Source: Macrostomum lignano
Taxonomy: Eukaryota
Direction: 5' to 3'
Assembly (NCBI GenBank): GCA_002269645.1
Contig: NIVC01000247.1
Location: forward strand, 559,095-623,094
DNA length: 64,000 bases
A program made the translations under genes and the position numbers. How positions within the stretch are numbered: position 1 is the stretch's first letter; each line of letters begins with the position of its first letter. Shown here piece by piece: positions 1 to 12,989 of this stretch. The notes beneath the pieces are model-generated. The model saw nothing but the letters and a program-made list of their open reading frames with translations, was not told the origin of the DNA and did no database searches.

Positions 1-1120
1 AAAAAATAAGTACCGGTGGTCTTATTTTTTAAAGAAAATGAGGCAGCTGATAACTTGATAAGATAAAAGTTTTACACGTTTTGTTATGTCCTGAAAATTT
101 GGTTGTTGGACGAAGTGCCCTTACATTCACATCACCTAATTATCTCATCGGATCATCCTAACGAGGTATTAGAGTTCGGATGCGTTTAATTCACAAGCCT
201 AGTAACAATTGTTCGTTTCGGAATTGCAAATGTACTCAGCAACATTGAAAAGTCGCCACACTTTGCCCCAGTAAGCCAGTGTAAATTTCGACCACCGTCT
301 GTGTATCACCTGGCCAACAAATTTAACCGATTTGGCTAACCCGCGTTAAAATCTACTACGAGCCAATATAATGGTAGGTTTCATCAATCCACTGTGGCCT
401 AACCTTGACCTGAACTTCATTTTCGTTGTGACATTGTCTTCTGAAAACGGCATGAAATTGCTTGCTTGATTGACCTCTCCGAAACTTTGTTTCATTCTTT
501 GCGAGTTTTTTGTCTAGATTTCCGTAGGATGATAGATAGACAAGGTAAAAAGTTCAAACTAATTAAAACTTGTTGCGATAAGTGTGCTCAGTAAGTGCTC
601 GCCATTTTCTCATTGTCAGCTGACACTGTGTTCAGTTCTGAGACCTTATAGCAACCCAGTTCTCATGCATGTACATACGCATTATAAGCCATAAGAAAAT
701 GCTTATAAGTCACCTGGCCGAGGCTCGACGGCAACGAGAGGACCCAATGTGAGCCTGGAGCGAGGGGACAAAAGTTAAGAAATAGGCTTCAACTTGCGGA
801 CGCTGCAGCCTCTGTCGAAGGCACCCAACGTAGCTCGGCTCACACCAGCAGTACGCAGTACGCACATCGACAATCAGCCGCGATCAACCGCGTATCCGCA
901 TGTTGCTCGTTCGAGCCTACGAGTAGACGATATTTGTTTTATTGATGTGTTATTTTACGGCTGTACTTCATCACGAACCCCCTAAGTTTCATTTTTTTTA
1001 TTTCTCGAAACCAATTTTTAGCGAAGAAATGAACACCGGCTTAAAACAGCATTTCTTTTTTATTTTGTATATTTTAAGGTTTTTAACGTTCGGTTTGCGT
1101 AATTTTCAGATATGCTGGAT

Positions 1121-1492
1121 TTAATTTTTTGTTTGATCCTCTGTTTGATGTTCCGTTCCAGTTGAGAAGTCCTTTAAGTAGAGCACACAATCTCCCGGAT
1201 CAAAAAGCTCATCCAGGTGGTATCGTGCTTTTAAATACGCGTAGCAGATGCCATCAGCCGACTGGAACATTCCCAAGCAGTGCTGGTTCCTTGCGCACAG
1301 GTACACACATTCTTCAATCGGTCGCTCGCCGTAGGCTTTTAGAACTTGCTGCAGAGACGTTGACGTTTTTAGACAGAAAGATTTTCTGCTCAACTTGATC
1401 CGAGTTGTTACTCCCTCTGAGCAGCTGCCTGTTTCAGTTGGTGCCAACAGCACTGAACTCAGTAGTAGGGTTGGACATACAAGAGCAGGCAT
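1121..1492 (-). CDS. Small secreted Cys-rich protein, possible PAN/apple-like domain
   Basis: 123-aa ORF with a hydrophobic N-terminus (LVCPTLLLSSVLLA) and the Cys pattern EECVYLCARNQHCLGMFQSADGICY, reminiscent of the PAN/apple C-x3-C-x5-C-x10-C spacing. Not confirmed by a search. Confidence 0.45.
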   Translation of the reverse strand: MPALVCPTLLLSSVLLAPTETGSCSEGVTTRIKLSRKSFCLKTSTSLQQVLKAYGERPIEECVYLCARNQHCLGMFQSADGICYAYLKARYHLDELFDPGDCVLYLKDFSTGTEHQTEDQTKN

Positions 1493-1796
1493 ACTGTGTA
1501 GCTAGCTCGTATGCTTTGCAACAAAAGCATACCATCAACCGCGGCTTCCAGGAATCAGCTCGCTTAAAAATATCAACCGCGATGACTTAGATATCTAATC
1601 TGATTCGTCAGTCGTCTGCATTAGCCAATAGACAGGCTCAAAGTTATGAGGCTACAGATTTAAGTGGGAAAAAATCCAACGTGAAATCGGTGTTGTCAAC
1701 ATGATTAATTGCGGCTTTTTAACCTAGTTTATACCATAGCATTTTTCAAGCCAATAGAGCCTAGGAGCCAGCAATTTAATCCTTAGTGGGAGAATC

Positions 1797-1900
1797 AAGC
1801 TATTAAAGATTTGCTTTTCATCGTCTATGACCCGAAAGGGGGGTCTATGGAGTTGGGCGCGCTATCAAATTTGATAATTTGATAATTTGGGCGCGCTATT
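1797..1900 (+). repeat. Left arm of a diverged inverted-repeat pair (partner at 10245-10331)
   Basis: aagatttgcttttcatcgtctatgacccgaaaggggggtctatggag...aatttgataatttgggcgcg aligns by eye with the reverse complement of 10245-10331 (aagacttgtttttcattgtctatggcccaaaatgggggggggtctatggag...aatttgagaatctgggcgcg). Confidence 0.65.
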
Positions 1901-3361
1901 AATCCCTTTGATGGGTTTCGACCTTCCGGCCCCCTTGTGGGGAAGCCTTCGGGCCTCAGGTCTCAGAAATAAATCAATTAGAGTCCTGGCCCCCCACTCC
2001 TGTCAGATAGTCATCCCCATGGTAGCTTGATCGTGTGGCGAGCAGTCTAGGTCCTATAGCTAAGAGAGGGACAGCGAGAGACAAGCAGGGAGAATTTTGA
2101 AGGTAGAAATTAGTTAATCCGCAGATTATCATACTCGCTGCCACCAGCCCGTACGTCCTGGCTCACCACACCGGGACTCTCGAAATCGGGCTTCCGACTA
2201 GAGGGGGCTTAGCACTTACCAGCCAACTAGTGTCTTTTTGCTGTCAATCTCGAAGTCATAGCCGATGATAAGGGACACTGCTGGGACTAGATCGCATTGG
2301 CCATGCAGGTACAGAGGGGACTTGTGCAGGGGATTCTTGCAGTGGCGAGTCTATGGGGTAGCTACAGGTACTATTACATTGCTAAATACGAAGAATTGTA
2401 CTTTTGGCCTTCAACGCGCCAACTAGCATCTCATAGCGCTGATGATAGACTAACTCGAACTTCAGAGACCGCATGATTCATCACCCGAGCCGCTTGGCTT
2501 AACCTAGAGTGCACAAAGCACATCTCTGGAGCCGATTCTGCACTATTGGCAAATTCGCTAACTGATTTGATAGATTGATCGACTGAGAACTGCCTTGCCA
2601 TTGGTCCACTGTGACCGGCGCCTACTTAGGTTAGCTACTCATCTGGGCCATCGGCGAACAAAGAAATAAAACTGATAAAAATAACTGTCAGATTTAACCT
2701 CCTTTTAAATCACTTCACACCTCAGATTGAATTGTAGTTTCAGACTACTAGCAGTATTATTGAATGATTTCTGCCTCAGTAACAGCACTACTGGACAAAA
2801 TGAGCAAAAGTGTGCGCCTAATCCAGCTACTGAAACAGGGGACAGATAGGGAATCACCCAATCAAGCAAGTCTAGGTAGCCTCTCACCCAACCAATCAGA
2901 AACTCAACAGCCGGAGACCAGGTAATCCACAGTGACCGAATCGGCTTGATGCTTCGCAGCTGTAGACCCGGGATGATGCTGATGTCACGGTCTTCGCAGA
3001 TAGCTAGCAGGTGATGCTCTTAACTTTGATGTTCGCTGCTGATGACCGGGGGGACTCGTCCTTGATGATGATGGGGGAAGTCGCAATCCGGGGATCAAGA
3101 AATGACGGTCGCGCTCCGGGATGTCTCAAGCTAGGCTAAGGTCCCAGGCGGTCCAGGTCCGAGCGGGCCAAAAACACCGGTTTAAATAGCCGCCAACTGG
3201 ACCACAGTTTGTTATAATGGAGCACGTCGATTCTGATTGGCTGAGCCGTTTTGTTAAAATAAGCGCCGAATTTTCTGATTGGCTAAGCTTGTTGCTACCC
3301 AGAATCACGTGACCGGGAGTTCCTATCAGTTCCCACAGGGTCGTAAAAAGAGGACAGGTGC

Positions 3362-3374
3362 GGCCATAAATCAC
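3362..3374 (+). repeat. Left target-site duplication of the LINE (GGCCATAAATCAC)
   Basis: The identical 13-mer occurs at 9183-9195, immediately after the element's 3' tail. Confidence 0.8.
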
Positions 3375-3850
3375 GCCGGGGCTGTTGCCCCCAGGACCCC
3401 GGGTCCTGCACGTAATGGCGTGGTGAACTATCTGTGCAGTATGAGACTGGTATGGCCTTTATCCCAGCCAGCGATGCTCACACCTGCCTCCCCTGGCGGG
3501 CTGATAGCTCAAGAGACTCTGTCTCCTGATTTTCACCTTGCAAGGCGCACTTCGAAGGGTACTCGTCCCGTGGGTGTTAAGGCAGGCCCCCTTGGGCCCT
3601 GCCGAGCTGATTCGTTGGCGCCGGGTCCTGGTGTGACCATAAACGCACCCTCTAATGTCCCAGTGTAACTCCGTGCTGATGGACGCTTGGCCAGGGAGTA
3701 GTCTGGTCGCTAACGGTTCCCCTTGCGCTTTTGGGTCCCCCCGCAGGGTGGTATTTTGCTTTTTGGGGGCCTGCCGCTTGGTTTGGGGTTGCGGCCTTGC
3801 GGCTCTTTGCCTGTGTTCTGCAGGAAGTCCCACCTTTTTACTTCCAGCCA

Positions 3851-5370
3851 ATGGCTTCTAACCGAAGAAATCAACCGGCTGTGGATGACACAGTGCCTCC
3901 GGCCTCGGCTGGGGCCGTGGACTCCTCGGCCATACCACCTGCTACCATCGGGGACGCCTCGGCGAGACCCGTGGAGCCAACTCTGAGCGGTGCCTCCGAG
4001 AAGACACCTGCTACTCCAGCTGCTAAGAAACGCAGCACCACCTCTGGAGCTGCCCGCCGTCGACTTAACAAGGCGAGGCGGGCCAAGGAGGGCGGAAGCC
4101 AAACCGGTGCCAGGGGCCAACGGCCCGCGGCAGCGGAAGCTTCCCAGTCTGGGGCGGTGGCGGAAGAGGGCCTCGAGCCCACGGAAGCCCCTGCCCAGGA
4201 TAGGGAGGCCGATGCAGCCGGGAGGGTGGACAGCCCACCTGAAGAAAGCTCCACTGACCCCCGGGCCTCCTACGCTGATGCGGCAAAGAGGCAACCGGCG
4301 GTTGTCATCCTGGGAAAGGACGCGCGCCTGTCTCCCGATCAGCTGAAGCAGGTGAGAAGTGCCGTTGATGGCCTCCTGTGGAAGCAAACTCTGAAGGGCA
4401 CGCCTCTGAACATTCATTCGAATGCGACGAGGGACTCGTGCCTTCTCATTTGGCCCAGTGATGCTGACTCGGGTCGGCGGCTCCTTGAGCTGCTGCCCGA
4501 GCAGAGCTGGGACCTCAACCTAGCCTTCTGCAGAGAGGACGAGCGCCCCCGGACCAAGAGGCATCGAATCTGGGTCCCGGCCAGGAGCGTTGTTACCTCT
4601 GCTGACGAGCTCCGGAAAGGACTGCTAGCAGTCAACCGGGAGCTTCCCGCCGCGGGCCTAGTGGTGCATGACACCCTTAAGCGCACCGACGGCACTGGCT
4701 TCACAGCCATCCTGGGGCTGTCGGACGCCTGGATGAGGCGTTATCCACACGGCAGCTTCATCAACGTCGGCCTTTGGAAGCTGCGCATCCGCTCCTACGA
4801 GGCCGACCCTCCCCGTGGCAGTGAGCAGGGCGGGCGGGATGCGGAGGCGGCCGGGGCCGAGGCGCAAGCCTCTGCTCAGACTGCCAAAGCAAACCGCCCT
4901 GCCCGGCAGCACGGCCGCGCGGGCAAAGCTGAGCGCGCTGCTGAGGGCGGAGGCGACCGACGCCCGGCGCGCAGCACCAAGCGGCGCGGCCTGTACCAGC
5001 GTGCAGCTGAGGCAGTCCGTACCGCCAAAATCTCCCAGCTGAGGCGAGAGGTCGCCGGGACGCCTAGGCGCACCAGTTCGTCCAGGGAGGGTGGGGACGT
5101 CCCAGCTGGGCCCAACCCCTCGGGGCAGGGCCGACTGGAGACGGACCCGCCTGCCCAGGCGGCGGCTGCTCCAGGGCATTGGGCCAATCTGAGGCGGAGG
5201 ACCCCATGGATGGTGGGCAAAGGGCGGCGAACGCTGCCTACTGCCTTCCGGCCAATCGGGGGCCTTTTGCTGAAGAAGAGCCCATGGACACCGGCGACCC
5301 CGACCCGAAGCCGGTGAGCGCCGAGGAGGAGGAGGAACTCCTGGCGGCTGCAACATCCGATCTGCAATGA
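3851..5370 (+). CDS. LINE ORF1 (gag-like), one frameshift near 5180-5200
   Basis: ATG at 3851. Contains SGAARRRLNKARR and SYADAAK motifs typical of ORF1 in RNase H-bearing R1/LOA elements. The C-terminus continues in the 5179-5370 frame (EPMDTGD...EEEEELLAAATSDLQ*), and its TGA overlaps the ORF2 ATG. Confidence 0.75.
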
Positions 5371-8300
5371 TGCCAGCGACTACCTGGTGTCTGCAGATCA
5401 ACACCCAGCACTGCGTGGCGGCGTCGGTCAACCTGATGCGCACGGCAGAGCAACAGCTTCCGGGCCTGGTCTTCGTACAGGAGCCCTGGATGACTAAAGG
5501 TAAGCCAAATAATGTGCCATCTGGCTACCACTGTTTTTGCATGGCGGGCTCTCAGCCTCGCCCAAGATCTTTGGTCTTTGCTGCAAAAGCTTTTGAGGCA
5601 TGGATGAGACCTGATCTCTCGACTGGGGACATCTGTGTTGTTCAAATCAATAACCTCATTCCCAATAAACCTGTGCTGGTAGCTTCTGCCTATTTCCCGG
5701 GCGATGCCCCAGTTGTCTGCGACGCGTTAGTCAACCTTACTGACTATGCTGCGTCCCATCGGTTCGAGCTGCTCATTGCAGGGGATGTGAACGCACACCA
5801 CCTGCATTGGGGCAGCAAGAACATCAATAGCAGAGGCGAGGAGCTGCTGGCCTATGTCAGCAGCACTAACCTCAACTTCTGTAACGTGGGCAATGCACCA
5901 ACGTTCAATAATGGGCGGTGGGCCGAAGTCATCGACACCACCATCGCCTCACCCGGACTGCTTTCCGCAGTTACGGGCTGGCGAGTGTGGGACGAGGACT
6001 CGCTCTCGGACCACCGCTTTATCCGCTTTTGCATTGGGCCGACCAAGCAAAAGCCTAAGGTCACTTGGAGTCGGAACGTCAGGAACACCGATTGGGCCGC
6101 CTTTGGCTCGAAGCTGAGCCGCGGCCTTCGGGATCTTGACCCCCCAGTGACCTCTCTGACTGCCAGGTGGTGGACGATCTCGCCTCCTCCCTGGGCGGGG
6201 CGATCACCACTGCCTTTGAAGCAGCCTGCCCCCTAAAGGCCTATAAAGGCAAGAAATCTGCTCCCTGGTGGAACCCAGAGCTCGGGCCCCTTCGGCGCCG
6301 AGCCAGGACCCTCCAAAGGCGAGCGCTCAAAACCAAAGACCCATCTGACAGAGAGGCCTATACCCGTGCGATCCACGAGTTTAAGGGCCAAGTCAGAAGG
6401 GCCAAGACGGCCAGTGGCGCCAATATTGCGAAGGGCTTGAGGGCTCTCGCCCCGTAGCCCGCGTGGTTAAGGCACTCACTAATGACCGTTTTTCTAAACT
6501 CTCTGTTGTGAAGAGACCTGACGGCTCGGTCACAGAGAGTTCGGAAGAGACTCTAGAGCTCATGCTCAACAGTTTTTTCCCTAAATCTCCGACTCAGCAG
6601 GGCCCGCCCGACCACACAGTGGAGGGCAAGGCCTAGCAAAGTCTATGATCACCAAAGACCGCATTATTAGAGCGGCAAGGTCCTTTAACCCGTTCAAGGC
6701 GCCTGGGCCCGACGGCATCTACCCAGCGTTCTTGCACGAGGCGGTGAAAAACCACCGCTTCCTGGACCTGCTCTGTCGTCTCCTTCGAGCTTGTGTGGAG
6801 CTGGGCTATGTACCAGTTGCATGGAGAGAGGCCCGGGTGGTCTTTATCCCCAAGCCTGGAAAGAGCGACTACCAATCGGTGAAGGCCTTCAGGCCTATCA
6901 GCCTCACTTCTTTCTGCCTCAAGCTCCTCGAGAGACTGGTGCTTTGGCGCCTACTTTCGGTCGAGCTGAAGCGCTTCCCACTCTCGCAGAACCAGCACGC
7001 CTTCCGCGCGGGCAGGTCAACCGAGAGTGCTCTCCATGTCATTGTTGACTTCCTGGAGAGGGCCGTTCTTGGCAGCGGCTTTGCCCTCTCGCTTTTCCTG
7101 GACATTGAGGGGGCCTTCGACAACGTCATCTTCGAGGCCTTTTGCAGAGCCCTGGAATCCAGGGCCACGCACCCTCACCTTGTCCGGTGGATCATGTTCA
7201 TGATCCGAAACCGCACTGTTGTGGCCCACCTGAGCGGCAGCTCTCTTTCGGTGCCTGTCCTGAAAGGGGGCCCCCAGGGCGGCGTTCTCACCCCCGTTCT
7301 CTGGAACATGGTCATGGATGAGTTGCTTTGCAGTGATCTCCACGACCCCATTCTCAAGGTGGGCTATGCCGATGATGTGACCGCGATATGCGCGGGCCCC
7401 TCGGTTGATACCATCAGAGACCTTCTGCAGGGCTTTCTGGGACGAGCGGAGCGTTGGGCAGACCAATGTGGCCTTAGACTCTCAGAGTCGAAAACCACAG
7501 CAGTCATGTTTACCAACAAACTGCTCTGGACCATTAAGCCCCTTACCCTCTATGGAAAGAATATTTCCATGGAGAAGCAGGTCCGCTGCCTGGGCCTCAC
7601 TCTGGACCACAGGCTTAACTGGACTCCGCACATTCAAACTAAAGCCAAAAAAGCCCTGGCTGTACTGGCTCAGATCAGGCGCGCCGTGGGCACCACCTGG
7701 GGGCTCACCCCCAGGAAGCTGTGGTGGATTTACACTGCCATCATCCGCCCCTCGATCAGTTACGCCAGCCTCGTGTGGGCTAGCGGCCTGAGCGTCAAGA
7801 GCAACCTCGACGCTCTCTACAAAATCCAGGGCAGAGCCTGCCGCATGACTATGGGCGCTCCACCCTCTACTCCTTTTGAAGGCATGAATGCCTTCCTCTG
7901 TGCCCCTCCTTTGGATATTTATATCAAAGGAGAGGCGGCGAAGAGCACCCGGCGTCTTCTGGATGCTGGGGTGGCCTTCAAGAAAGTGCGGGCCTTTAAG
8001 AAGCGGTCGCTTATCCCGCACTCTGACCTCTGCCTCAAGGCTCTCGAGGAGTGTGGCGGGCTCAACATCCTCACGGACTCGATCCCAGCCACCCTTCTCC
8101 TGAGCCAAAGGTATAAGGTCACCATTCAGCCTCGACACGAGGCGAGTGACAGCTGGAGCGACTCTGAAGTCCACTGTTACACTGACGGCTCTATGAGGCA
8201 TGGTCTTTCAGGCTTCGGAGCTTGCGTCTTCTTCAAGGGAGAAGTGGTGTGGAGCTACTCCCAGCACACTGGGCTCAACTCCAGTGTTTTTCAGAGCGAG

Positions 8301-9068
8301 GTGCTTGCCATCAGCTCCTGCGCGGCAGAGCTGCGCCGAAGGCAGCTTAGCGGCCGGAAATTTATTTTTCACTCTGACAGCCAAGCAGCCCTTCGGGCCC
8401 TCTGCCGCAGCACCGCCAGCTCCAGGTCCGTCCTGGACTGCAACACCCAGCTCAACGGGCTTGCGCTAGGCAACCAGGTGGAGCTCAGATGGATCCCGGG
8501 CCACGCCGGCTTCCTCGGCAACGAGCGCGCTGACCTGCTGGCCAAGGCTGGCTCCGCCGGCGCGCTATTGGGGCCGGGCCCGGGTGCCCCCATCCCCGCC
8601 TCGGTGATCAATTCCCGCGTTAAGCGCTGGGCTGACTCCGAGCATCTCCGCAGGTGGCACGACACCCGAAATTGTAGGCAATCCCGTGCTGCCGTCCCCT
8701 GTCCCTCTCCTCTCCTGCGTAGAGCCCTCCTCAGGCTCAACCGCAGAGACCTCAGAGCAGTTAGCATGGCCCTCTCCGGGCATGGCTGCTTCTCTCGCCA
8801 CCGCTTCCTTCAGGGCCAAGTACCCGAGGAGCGGTGCCCCTTCTGCCGCTCAGGCAGTGAAAACGCCGAGCATTTTATCTGCCACTGCCCGGTTTTCACC
8901 AGGGCCAGGCTTACTCACCTCGGGCCAAACCCGGTTCTCTCCGACGTTTGCAGGCCCGAGAGCATCCCGCTGCTCGCCCGGTACCTCAGGGACACCGGAC
9001 GAGCTGATTTCTTCCCCACCGTCGGTGAGGAGGACCGCGCTGCAGGCGAGACCGACGGGTCCCCCTGA
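5367..9068 (+). pseudogene. LINE ORF2: AP endonuclease + reverse transcriptase + RNase H + C-terminal Cys/His motif, split by ~3 frameshifts
   Basis: APE: LQINTQH, VQEPW, GDVNAHH, IDTT, SDHRFI. Linker: APWWNPEL. RT: KAPGPDG, FRPISL, QHAFRAGRST, LDIEGAFD, GGPQGGVL, YADD. RNase H: YTDGS, SEVLAI, HSDSQA, WIPGHAG, GNERADLLAK. C-terminus: CPFC...EHFICHC. Frameshifts at ~6165, ~6415 and ~6600-6640. Confidence 0.95.
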
Positions 9069-9182
9069 GCGACACCACTTCAACGGAAGTCGTTGGTCGC
9101 CAGGGGCTAGCGGAATGGGCGGTCTCCTCCGCCTCCTCGCTGCATCCGCCGGACGCCCCCTGCAGCTAAGTCAAGTAAGTCA

Positions 9183-9195
9183 GGCCATAAATCAC
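9183..9195 (+). repeat. Right target-site duplication of the LINE (GGCCATAAATCAC)
   Basis: Identical to 3362-3374. Confidence 0.8.
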
Positions 9196-10244
9196 TCAAA
9201 ATCGCAACAAAATGATTTATGACTTTTCGCGCAGGATTGACAGAAATTAATGGAAAAATATACATTAGAAAGCTCTTACTAAATAGAAAGTATTGAAAAT
9301 GAAGAGAAATCGCTCATCGCTAATTCCAAAGTACTTTTAGGGGTAAAACGCATAGCTGTCAAAGCTGTCACACGCTTGAGTGAACACGAACAATAGGCTC
9401 TGACCTCATAAATCTTGATGGCCTGTCAAAATGATGAGAAAAAAGCTACCGCCCGCATCCTCTCAGACCATCTGGCGCCCGCCTCAACACTGAGTGAGGC
9501 GCAGGTGGCTGTCAGACCAGCTTTGAAAGCGATGATTTATGACCCACAAAGCTGCGCCTACGTTATTATGACTACTAGTTCGACGAGACATTATATCTAG
9601 TATAGATTCTATGACTATTCGCAGGAAAAGGATAAAAATGCCCATTGCCCACTGTTAGTAGTCTAGTAAGTTTAGAGCCCGTGTGCTAGCGCAGGGTTTG
9701 GAAAAAAGTGCGTCCTCATCACTTTCCACAGTTGTGCAAGCCTTAAGACCATAGAAAATAACAGATTTCAGTAGACAAACATAGATATGGCAGACGAAGA
9801 ATTTAGCGAGCAGAGCAGTGACCAAAGTTTAGCTACAGCCAAAGATGGAGGACAATCCACCGCCAGAGACAACTCTGCTCGAGTGGCGCGTACTCGTTCT
9901 TCATCGGATTGCGGAGGAGGTAATGGCTGAGATCACAGTAGCCAAATGCGGTGGCTGGTTTCGGCAGATGCTTCGCTTCATCCCGCGCTGCTTAAACGAG
10001 GAAGAAATTTTCTGAACATTGATCGGGTTTGATTTCAATCTGTCCAACACTGTTTTGAGAGACACGATTGCTTGTTCACGCCATATACTGTATGCCATGA
10101 TTTTTCCTTTGCCTGTTTTGATTGGTTTCTCTGAAATCAAAGTGTTAATGTGAATCGTTTTTTGGTATGCCATCAGCTATTTGCAGACGTTATTTCAGTG
10201 AAGTTATTCGTGAAGGATGTACGAGCACTGTGAAAAGGATTAAC

Positions 10245-10331
10245 TACGCGCCCAGATTCTCAAATTGTTTGCTCCATAGACCCCCCCCCATTTTGGGCCA
10301 TAGACAATGAAAAACAAGTCTTCAATCTCTT
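10245..10331 (-). repeat. Right arm of the diverged inverted-repeat pair (partner at 1797-1900)
   Basis: Its reverse complement matches 1797-1900 by eye. Confidence 0.65.
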
Positions 10332-11849
10332 AAACCACATACGCAACTATGCATTGTCCCATAGATATTTGCATTGCTTCACATAAGGCAATAACTGGGG
10401 TTGTTTAACCTGCTGACTTGGTAATAGACAGTCGTGGGTGTAAATTTATTTAACAAAGCAATGGAAAAATTAAACGCGACAACAGTTTAGAGTTTTTTTG
10501 TTCAAAACAGTAAGTTTGAATTTTCGAAGCCGGTGAACTATCACTTGGAAAAAGTAAAAGAGCAGTTCTCGAACTTGCACTCTGTGAATATAGATCCCAT
10601 GCAACTCGTGACACCGATTGATCGATTGGATTGCTGCCGGCGTAGCAACCGCAGGTTCAAGTGATTCGCCGTAGGTAGGTTCAATTGCCGATGCTGAAGT
10701 TAACGACGGACCAGCACTGCTTGCAGACTTCACGAGAGCCTGGCCGATGGACGATGAAGTTGCTTCGTTTTGCTGCCCAGAAATGCACATTATGTCACTA
10801 AGTACAAAACCAGAGTCCTTCAGGTCAGGAATTCGGGTCACTCGAATACAATGATTAGTATAGGTCTTCGACAAAAGACACACTTTGCTCAGTCTTTGCA
10901 TAGTTGAGCCGAGCCAGTTGATGCCTGGACGATTAAAGTCATGCAGTGCTGCTGTACACCTGTGCGAGCGTGCGTTCTGCGTACACAAAGAGCGAACAGA
11001 TCCTGTTGATGTTGAGGAAACCACCGACTGCTTTCATGAAGCGCAACTCCTACATACATGTATTCAATTCGGTGCTTCATACCCGCTCTCTAACAAAAAT
11101 CCATGCGCTGATCAACTCTACATATTCAAGTTGGTGTTTACCCTCTCTCGCCCCTACAGAATCAATTTGAAATCCGAGCTCGAGAATATAAAGAAATGAG
11201 AGTCTTGAGCAGGTGGGAAGACATTGGAAAACACGTGTGGGGTGTCGGAAATCGACCGTGCTGCACCCTACCGAATGATATGAATTTTCATGGAGAGTTC
11301 ACGGCTGCTGGAAACGGATCAACACACGCGGCCACGTGCAGGGCGGGGGGATCGCAGCTGTCTACAGCGGCTCTGAGGCCAAGAGCTGTGACCCACTCGT
11401 TCACAGTCGCTGTCCTTAATGGGTGACGCAAGCCTATTTACATGTAGCTGCATATTACTGGCCAACTCTAATCAAATCAAATATTTATGTTATTACGAAC
11501 TTCCTTGCGTTGAATCGAGAAACCTTGTAGGTTTTTCTGTCTGAGCTTGTACATGTAAAAAGCTTCAGTTAAACCTTTACGAACTTTTATTTTGAACCTT
11601 GGTTAGCGAAATTCAGCAGCAGATGTTTGAAGACAGAATCCATCTTAAACATTTTCTTGTGTCTGACAGTGAATTGTTCTAACATTCATTCTATGCGAGG
11701 TCGCGTCTTTTTGTACTCCGGCTTTCACGCGGAACCAGCTGAGCTGTCTGTCAAAAACAACTTTCCCGGCAGCTTTGCAAAGGTAATCATTTCGAAAATA
11801 ACTTCGTCAACAGGCTTGGGCCGGTGTTATTAGTACATTTCAAATTTAC

Positions 11850-12985
11850 GCCACCCTCAAATGAAATGGCAGCACCCTCAAATGAAATGGCGCCACCCTA
11901 AAATGAAATGACGCCACCCTCAAATGAAATGACGCCACCCTCAAATGAAATGGCGCCAACCTCAAATGAAATGGCGCCACCCAGCTTTGAATGAAATGAC
12001 GCCACCCTCAAATGAAATGGCGCCACCCAGCTTTGAATGAAATGGCGCCACCCAGCTTTGAATGAAATGGCGCCACCCTCAAATGAAATGGCGCCACCCA
12101 GCTTTGAATGAAATGACGCCACCCTCAAATGAAATGGCGCCACCCAGCTTTGAATGAAATGGCGCCACCCAGCTTTGAATGAAATGGCGCCACCCTCAAA
12201 TGAAATGGCGCCACCCAGCTTTGAATGAAATGACGCCACCCTCAAATGAAATGGCGCCACCCAGCTTTGAATGAAATGGCGCCACCCAGCTTTGAATGAA
12301 ATGGCGCCACCCTCAAATGAAATGGCGCCACCCAGCTTTGAATGAAATGACGCCACCCTCAAATGAAATGGCGCCACCCAGCTTTGAATGAAATGGCGCC
12401 ACCCAGCTTTGAATGAAATGGCGCCACCCAGCTTTGAATGAAATGGCGCCACCCAGCTTTGAATGAAATGGCGCCACCCTCAAATGAAATGGCGCCACCC
12501 AGCTTTGAATGAAATGACGCCACCCTCAAATGAAATGGCGCCACCCAGCTTTGAATGAAATGGCGCCACCCAGCTTTGAATGAAATGGCGCCACCCAGCT
12601 TTGAATGAAATGGCGCCACCCAGCTTTGAATGAAATGGCGCCACCCTCAAATGAAATGGCGCCACCCAGCTTTGAATGAAATGACGCCACCCTCAAATGA
12701 AATGGCGCCACCCAGCTTTGAATGAAATGGCGCCACCCAGCTTTGAATGAAATGGCGCCACCCTCAAATGAAATGGCGCCACCCAGCTTTGAATGAAATG
12801 ACGCCACCCTCAAATGAAATGGCGCCACCCAGCTTTGAATGAAATGGCGCCACCCAGCTTTGAATGAAATGGCGCCACCCAGCTTTGAATGAAATGACGC
12901 CACCCTCAAATGAAATGGCGCCACCCAGCTTTGAATGAAATGGCGCCACCCAGCTTTGAATGAAATGGCGCCACCCTCAAATGAA
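11850..12985. repeat. Minisatellite of mixed 21-bp and 25-bp units with core AATGAAATGGCGCCACCC
   Basis: Alternating tcaaatgaaatggcgccaccc and agctttgaatgaaatggcgccaccc units, read directly from the sequence. Confidence 0.97.
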
Positions 12986-12989
12986 AAGC

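Larger units (their letters stand above)
3375..9182 (+). mobile_element. Full-length non-LTR retrotransposon with RNase H (LOA/R1-like, Lian-type)
   Basis: ORF1 followed by an APE-RT-RNaseH-CCHC ORF2, a GC-rich 3' UTR ending in a taagtcaagtaagtca tail, and flanking 13-bp direct repeats. Clade assignment rests on domain order and the ORF1 motif only. Confidence 0.93.

Noticed and set aside
2560-3360. Possible LTR or promoter-like segment (CCAAT boxes, CACGTG, TTTAAATA) upstream of the LINE
   Set aside because: It lies outside the TSD, has no second copy in the window, and such short motifs are expected by chance.
10470-11024. 184-aa minus-strand ORF with a possible PAN-like Cys pattern
   Set aside because: Non-ATG start and incomplete Cys spacing; too weak to annotate.
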